From an uncultured delta proteobacterium (GTDB lineage: Bacteria > Desulfobacterota > Binatia > UBA9968), in assembly GCA_963816145.1 (NCBI GenBank), contig CAWFJP010000002.1:282669-346668 (forward strand): 64,000 nucleotides of DNA. The letters are read 5' to 3'. Shown in pieces: positions 58,988 to 64,000 of the stretch. Position numbers and translations under genes: made by a program. Position 1 is the stretch's first letter. Each line of letters begins with the position of its first letter. The notes below the pieces were generated by a model. That model worked only from the letters and a program-made list of their open reading frames with translations, was not told where the DNA came from and ran no database searches.

Positions 58988-59579
58988 ATGTTGCGAATCA
59001 AGGGAGCATCGAAGGAAACCGCGCCGAAAGAAGTGCAAGAGGTCTTTGCGGCGCAGGAAAAACAATACGGCACGATCTTGAACACCGCGAAGGTCTACGG
59101 CCTTGCGCCCGACGATCCAGCAGGGTGTGCAGGCGCTCCAAGCCGGCATCGTGGCGTCGGGCTTGATCAGCCCGGAGTTGCGCCACTTGTTGTGCATGAA
59201 GGCCGCCAGTATCAACGGTTGTCCGTATTGACTGGACATCAACGCATCCAGTGGGATGCAACATGGTGCGTCGGCGGAAAAGGTTGAGGCTGCGTTGGGG
59301 GATTACAAAAAGAATCCGATCTTCTCCTTGCGGGAGAAGCTGGCGCTGGAGCTATGCGAGCGCATGACCTACACCAGCAAACGGGTCACTGACCGCTTTT
59401 TCAATCGGCTCAAGAAGCAATTCTCAGAGGAAGAACTCGTCGAACTGGCGGCGGTCATCGCGCTGGAGAATTTTCGCAGCAAGTTCAATCCGGTGTTCGC
59501 CGTCGAGGCGCATGGCTTTTGCCCGGTGCCTTTGGTCAAAGAAGTCGCCGCCGAAGCGGCGAGCAAGTTTCACGAATGA
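58988..59579 (+). CDS. AhpD-like carboxymuconolactone decarboxylase (CMD) family protein with in-frame TGA at the second Cys of CxxC (candidate Sec) and an apparent 1-nt frameshift near 59102..59108
   Basis: N-terminal frame (58988..) reads MLRIKGASKETAPKEVQEVFAAQEKQYGTILNTAKVYGL. After a 1-nt shift it reads RPTIQQGVQALQAGIVASGLISPELRHLLCMKAASINGCPY-[TGA 59229..59231]-LDINASSGMQHGASAEKVEAAL..., continuing into ORF 59256..59579. Confidence 0.55.
59244..59259 (+). promoter_or_regulatory. SECIS-like hairpin 12 nt downstream of TGA 59229
   Basis: GCATCC-AGTG-GGATGC is a perfect 6-bp stem with a GU-containing tetraloop. Its position resembles the minimal bacterial SECIS, about 11 nt after UGA. 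Confidence 0.4.
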
Positions 59580-59619
59580 GACAAGGTGCTTTGCCGCAAC
59601 CGAAGCTCGGAGTGTCTCC

Positions 59620-59690
59620 CGCAAAGGGAACGCAAAGGGCGCAAAGTTCGGGAGGAAAGGCTCACCACGAAGGACACGAAGCGCACGAAG
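59620..59690. repeat. composite tandem-word arrays: CGCAAAG x3 (59620..59646) then solo family A arm (59661..59690)
   Basis: CGCAAAGGGAA CGCAAAGGG CGCAAAG ... CTCACCACGAAG GACACGAAG CGCACGAAG. No inverted partner nearby. Confidence 0.6.
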
Positions 59691-59780
59691 TTAGAAACCA
59701 TGGCTATTGGAACCTTCATGACCTCCTTAGAAAATAGATGTGCAGGTATGATCCGGGCAGCGAATTGGCACGAGGTTTCC

Positions 59781-59847
59781 GTCATACCGGCGAAAGCCGG
59801 TATCCATCCCCCTCCCGCCCCTGGATGCCGGCTTTCGCCGGCATGAC
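59781..59847. repeat. double-hairpin intergenic repeat, family D (most compact copy)
   Basis: GTCATACCGGCGAAAGCCGGTATCCA - TCCCCCTCCCGCCCC - TGGATGCCGGCTTTCGCCGGCATGAC. Confidence 0.75.
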
Positions 59848-59975
59848 GAATCAAAGAAAAAACCATGGAGCGGTGGGATGGCTGCGATTTCATACTCTGT
59901 AGACGAGCGTAAGCTCATGAACGCTTTGTGGTGAGTCAAATGGTCTTAGTTAAACGCGAGAGGTTAGGCAGACTG

Positions 59976-60952
59976 ATGTTCGTACGAAATGTCATTCGCA
60001 ATACGTTGATTGTTCTGGGACTGTTGTTGCCGCTGCAAACGGCGCATGGCGCTTCCGCGCCGACCAAAGTCACGATTCACGTGCCGTCGAAGAGCTTGTC
60101 GATCATGCCGTACTACTTCGGCAAGGACAAAGGCTTCTTTGCCGCGGAGCAGATCGAGCCGCAGTTGATCATGATGGCGCCGCCGACGGCGATCGCGGCG
60201 ATGGTGGCGGGCGAGTTGGATTTTTCTTCGACCACCGGCGCGGCGACCTCGGCGATCATGCGCGGCTTGCCGATTCGAAGAATCTTTTACGTTCAGTCCG
60301 ATCCTGTTCATGTGCTACTCGCCCAGCCGGAGATCAAGTCAGTTCAGGATCTGGTCGGCAAAACGTCGGCGTCACCGCGCTGACCGACGCCGTGGGCATG
60401 TCGGCCAATGTGATCCTGCGCGCTCACGGGATCGAAGCCGGCAAGGTGACTCTGCTCGCGTGTGCAGGTCACGGATAATGCGATCAAGTCTCTCACCAGC
60501 AAACGCATCGCCGCGACTTGCTGGCGCCGCCCTATGTGGAGGAGCTGGAGGCAAAGGGATATGTGCATCTGGCAGATGCGCGGACTTATGCGCCGCTGAG
60601 CTTTATTGGATTGGTTACTTCGATCGAAACGATGAAAAAATCGCCGCAAAAAGTCCAAGGCATGATTGCCGCGCTGCATCGGACGATGAATTATATTCTC
60701 AATCCCGCTAACCGAAGGGAAGTCGTCGAGTATGTCTCGACCTACCATAAGCTCGATCTAGCGCTGGCCGAAAAGGCGATGGCTGCGCAGATGTTGGGTT
60801 ACAGCAAAGACGGCACCAAGCCGCGCGCCGCGGTGGAAAAGGAAATCGAGATTTACCGTGAGGCATTGAAGGTCGCGAAAGCGTTTACGCCGGACGATTT
60901 GGAAGACATGAGCTTTTTGCGCAAGGCGCAGGGAGCCGTGCAAGCGCGGTAG
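59976..60952 (+). pseudogene. NMT1/THI5-like ABC substrate-binding protein, disrupted by at least three frameshifts (about 60360, 60450-60475, 60505-60520)
   Basis: Frame 0 reads MFVRNVIRNTLIVLGLLLPLQTAHG...DLVGK. After a run of four A (60360..60363) the next frame reads NVGVTALTDAVGMSANVILRAHGIEAGKVTLL. A further shift gives RVQVTDNAIKSLTSKRIAA, then LLAPPYVEELEAKGY... continues to 60952. Confidence 0.65.
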
Positions 60953-61079
60953 TATTTAGCTGAATGGACGAACGGTCGAGGTACGTGGGTTGACAATATT
61001 CTCCCCGTTGTAATAAGTGGCTTCAGTGCAGTTAGATTCTCTCACTTTAAACTTACGCTGCTGAAACTTAGAGGTTGCC

Positions 61080-61937
61080 ATGATCAAACCGGTCGGGTTG
61101 GTGCATGGACATTACGAATGCCGCTCCTTCGAGCAGTCGGTGCCGATTCTGGAAGAGTTGTTGGCGCTCAAGGTCGTTTCCCACGGAAACGGACAGTTGA
61201 TCATGAAGCATCCGAATACCGACTGGCTTCTCCTCATGCATGAAAACGCCGGCGCCTCGAACAAACAACACTACCACCACTACGGCGTTCGCGTCGCCAC
61301 CGACCAAGAGGTCGACAACGCTTACGAGTACCTGCAAAAACGAAAAGATGAACTCGGGCTCAAGATTATTCCGCCGGAGACCCGGCGCATCGCTCACTCC
61401 GTGCATTTTATCGAACCGGGTGGCAACTACTGGGAAATCGAGTCTTATGAAGGCGGGGCGAAGAAACACGGGCTCACGAGTGAGGTCGCATATCCGTGGC
61501 GCAGCGCTCTTGTGGACAGCCGTTTTCCGGACAGAGGTTACGTTCCTCAATGCCTGAGTCACGGAACTACCTCATGCTTCGACCTGGTTAGAGCGAGGCA
61601 GTTTTATCGCAGCGTCTTGGGACTCGATGTGATGCATCCGTTTCCGGATGCTGATCCATATTACATCAAGCATCCAGCGCATCCCTGGTACATCGTTAAT
61701 TTGCAGACGCCGAGCAAGAGCCGTGTGCCTTCAGGACTGCACCAGCGCTTCACGCTGGCGTTGGAATCCAATGCTGCGGTGGCGGAGGCTCATCGTTGGC
61801 TCAGTCAAAATGCCGCAAGCTTTGAGATCGCGCAACCTCTTGCCCTTTGCGCAGACTCGGACCGCGCTTCGTTTATCTTTACCGATCCGGACGCCAACTA
61901 TTGGGAAATTGTCGCTGCGTCAGCTAGCCGGACATAA
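61080..61937 (+). CDS. two-domain VOC (glyoxalase/bleomycin-resistance/extradiol dioxygenase) family protein
   Basis: 285 aa. HGHYECRSF..HYGVRVAT..SVHFIEPGGNYWEIESYE, and a second module ending FIFTDPDANYWEIV. Confidence 0.72.
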   Translation: MIKPVGLVHGHYECRSFEQSVPILEELLALKVVSHGNGQLIMKHPNTDWLLLMHENAGASNKQHYHHYGVRVATDQEVDNAYEYLQKRKDELGLKIIPPETRRIAHSVHFIEPGGNYWEIESYEGGAKKHGLTSEVAYPWRSALVDSRFPDRGYVPQCLSHGTTSCFDLVRARQFYRSVLGLDVMHPFPDADPYYIKHPAHPWYIVNLQTPSKSRVPSGLHQRFTLALESNAAVAEAHRWLSQNAASFEIAQPLALCADSDRASFIFTDPDANYWEIVAASASRT

Positions 61938-61939
61938 CC

Positions 61940-62974
61940 ATGAAAATGACCAAGCTGCTTTGCAATCCCTGTTTGATCATTTGCGCAGTTCTGCTGATTC
62001 TCTCAAGTCGGGACGGCCGAGCGCAATCGACCCCGAAGCCCATCGCGCTGAATATGGTTTACAACAATTTAAGTGTCGGCTCCGGCCCGCTCTGGGTTGC
62101 GCAAAATGCCGGCATTTTCCAAAAACATGGCCTCGATATGAGGTTGAGCCTGGCGCGTGGGAGCTTGTCGGTTCAAGCCATGCTGGCTGGCTCTTTCCCA
62201 GTCGGCATCGTCAGCGCATCGGGGATAGTCAGCAGTCACTTGAGCGGAGCGCGCTTGAAGATTGTCGCCGGTGTGATCAATACCTTGCTCTACACCGTCA
62301 TTGCCGCGCCGGACATCACCTCCGGCAGCCAACTAAAAGGCAAGCGCGTCGGTATCAGCCGATTCAATGATTCATCTGAGCTGGCTACCCGGATCGCGGC
62401 AAAGGAGCTCGGCCTCGACCCGGACCGTGACATCGCCATGGTTCAAGTCGGCAGTGGTCCGGATCGTTTTAATGCCTTGCGCGCCGGGGCGATACAGGCG
62501 GCTGTCGTCGGGCCGGCCGAGGTGGTTCGCGGTAAAAAAGAGGGTTTTAACACACTGATCGATCTCACGACGAAGAACATCGAATACCAAGGGTCGGTGA
62601 TGGCGATGACCGAGGATCTCATTGCGCAAGAAGATACGGCATTGAGGATCATACGGGCGATGGTTGAAGGTCTGCACTTTTTTAAGACCCGCAGAGACGA
62701 GTCGGTTCGCATCATGAGCGCCTATTTGAAGGGCGCCGACATTGAGGCGATGAAGCAAGGATGGTCCGCATACGCGGAACGCATCTTCCCGGTCAAGCCC
62801 TATCCTTCGGCAAAAGGCATGGAACTGGTGATCCGCGAGGTCGCAGCACAGAATCCGGCCGCAGCCAAAGTAACGCCCGAACGACTTTTCGATATGCGTT
62901 TGGTTGAACGCATCGATCGCAGTGGCTTTATCGATAACCTGTACCGCGAACGGCCGATGACGATCACCAAATGA
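61940..62974 (+). CDS. NMT1/THI5-like ABC transporter substrate-binding protein
   Basis: 344 aa with signal peptide MKMTKLLCNPCLIICAVLLILSS. Starts 2 nt after the VOC gene stop. Confidence 0.72.
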   Translation: MKMTKLLCNPCLIICAVLLILSSRDGRAQSTPKPIALNMVYNNLSVGSGPLWVAQNAGIFQKHGLDMRLSLARGSLSVQAMLAGSFPVGIVSASGIVSSHLSGARLKIVAGVINTLLYTVIAAPDITSGSQLKGKRVGISRFNDSSELATRIAAKELGLDPDRDIAMVQVGSGPDRFNALRAGAIQAAVVGPAEVVRGKKEGFNTLIDLTTKNIEYQGSVMAMTEDLIAQEDTALRIIRAMVEGLHFFKTRRDESVRIMSAYLKGADIEAMKQGWSAYAERIFPVKPYPSAKGMELVIREVAAQNPAAAKVTPERLFDMRLVERIDRSGFIDNLYRERPMTITK

Positions 62975-63127
62975 ACGAGTCTGAAATCGACTGAAGTGCC
63001 AAAGCGGAACCGACGCAGCCAGCCGTCACTTGACACTTTGAGTTGTATTGATTCTCTCGGCTGTATTATAAAGCCGCAGCGGCATGTTACCGGCTACGAA
63101 TACCGAGTCGAATTCCAGGAGGATCGA

Positions 63128-63985
63128 ATGATTAAACCGATTGGACTCACCCACGGCCATTACGAGTGCCGTTCGTTCAAGGAGACAATTCCAGTTCTTG
63201 AACAGATCCTGGCGTTTGAAAAGATCGAGGAAGCCGACCGCACCATCGTCATGAAGCATCCCAATACGGCTTGGCTCCTTGTGGTGCACGAGGGCGGGCC
63301 TAACGCGCCGGACAAGCCGCGCTGGAATCATTACGGCGTGCGGGTGGCAACCAATCGAGAAGTCGATAACGCGCGGGAATTCCTGCTGGCAAAACAAAGT
63401 GAATTTGGCCTGGTTGAGGTCGATAAGATGCAGAACCGACACCTGGCGCATTCTGTCCATTTTATCGAGCCAGGCGGCAACACCTGGGAAATCGAATCCT
63501 ACGAAATGGCGGTCAAAGTAGGTTTGGGGGCGAACGTCAGCGTGCCGTGGAAAGAGCCCATCGCGCCGGAACGTTTCCCCGGCCGAGGGTTTATTCCTCA
63601 AGCTCTCACCCATGGTACCATCACATGCGTGGATCTCGACGCGTCGCGCCGGTTTTACCGAGGAGTTCTCGGGCTGGAAGTTGTCAGTCCGTCGCCCAGC
63701 GTCAGGCCCCATTACATCAAGCACCCCTCGACCCCCTGGTATGTCGTCAGTCTGCAAAAGCCGGCGGCGGAGCGCCGGCTGCTGACGCCGTTGCAACGTT
63801 ACGCGATCACGGTGGAATCTGCCGCCGTTGTCGCGGAGGCGCATCGCTGGCTCGAAGAGAACGGCGATGATTTAGGCGTGACCCAGCTCGGCGCAATCGA
63901 AGAGCGTGGCGGCACGGCATCGTTCATCCTGAGCGATCCGGATCGGAACTGGTGGGAGGTTACGAGTCCGGTCATACTCAATTAA
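63128..63985 (+). CDS. two-domain VOC family protein, paralog of 61080..61937
   Basis: ATG 63128 with AGGAGG upstream. MIKPIGLTHGHYECRSFKETIPVLEQIL..HYGVRVATNREVDNA..SVHFIEPGGNTWEIESYE is colinear with the first copy. Confidence 0.75.
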   Translation: MIKPIGLTHGHYECRSFKETIPVLEQILAFEKIEEADRTIVMKHPNTAWLLVVHEGGPNAPDKPRWNHYGVRVATNREVDNAREFLLAKQSEFGLVEVDKMQNRHLAHSVHFIEPGGNTWEIESYEMAVKVGLGANVSVPWKEPIAPERFPGRGFIPQALTHGTITCVDLDASRRFYRGVLGLEVVSPSPSVRPHYIKHPSTPWYVVSLQKPAAERRLLTPLQRYAITVESAAVVAEAHRWLEENGDDLGVTQLGAIEERGGTASFILSDPDRNWWEVTSPVILN

Positions 63986-64000
63986 AAACATCGTCGATAA

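Noticed and set aside
59079-59081. Second TGA upstream in the AhpD-like downstream frame as another Sec codon
   Set aside because: At that position the family-like N-terminal sequence is read in the other frame (..GTILNTAKVYGL). The TGA is simply out of frame relative to the real coding frame before the indel.

Overview
GC-rich bacterial chromosomal segment. By gene content it is probably from an uncultured soil or sediment lineage, but that is inference only. It is densely packed with housekeeping and transport genes. These include partial TctC, several NMT1/THI5-like ABC binding proteins with NitT/TauT-type and Fe3+-type ABC components, purM-purN, two mgtE paralogs, a Do-family protease, tatA, an AsmA-like giant protein, typA, a heterodimeric ABC exporter, htpX, a transglutaminase-like plus ABC-2 operon, tRNA-Asn(GTT), a molybdopterin oxidoreductase subunit, OsmC, CoxG, a GMC oxidoreductase and a split TPP decarboxylase. 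No CRISPR array, rRNA, intact mobile element or recognisable defence system was seen. The most interesting signals are:

1. Two thiol-redox genes carry an in-frame TGA exactly at an active-site Cys position. One is a PRX_like2 redoxin at 49366..49917 that the ORF track missed. The other is an AhpD/CMD-like gene at 58988..59579 with a SECIS-like hairpin 12 nt downstream of the TGA. Both are candidate selenoproteins.
2. Several families of strictly intergenic palindromic repeats. Some have arms built from tandem 7-9 bp words, and one double-hairpin family shows compensatory base changes.
3. An AT-richer islet at about 27842..29671 encodes an orphan receiver domain whose start overlaps the stop of a Tyr/Pro/Asn-rich exported protein gene.
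4. A duplicated SBP-VOC module with one decayed copy.

Four genes show apparent frameshifts, so assembly indel errors must be excluded before any biological interpretation. All functional calls rest on motif recognition by eye; no searches were run.
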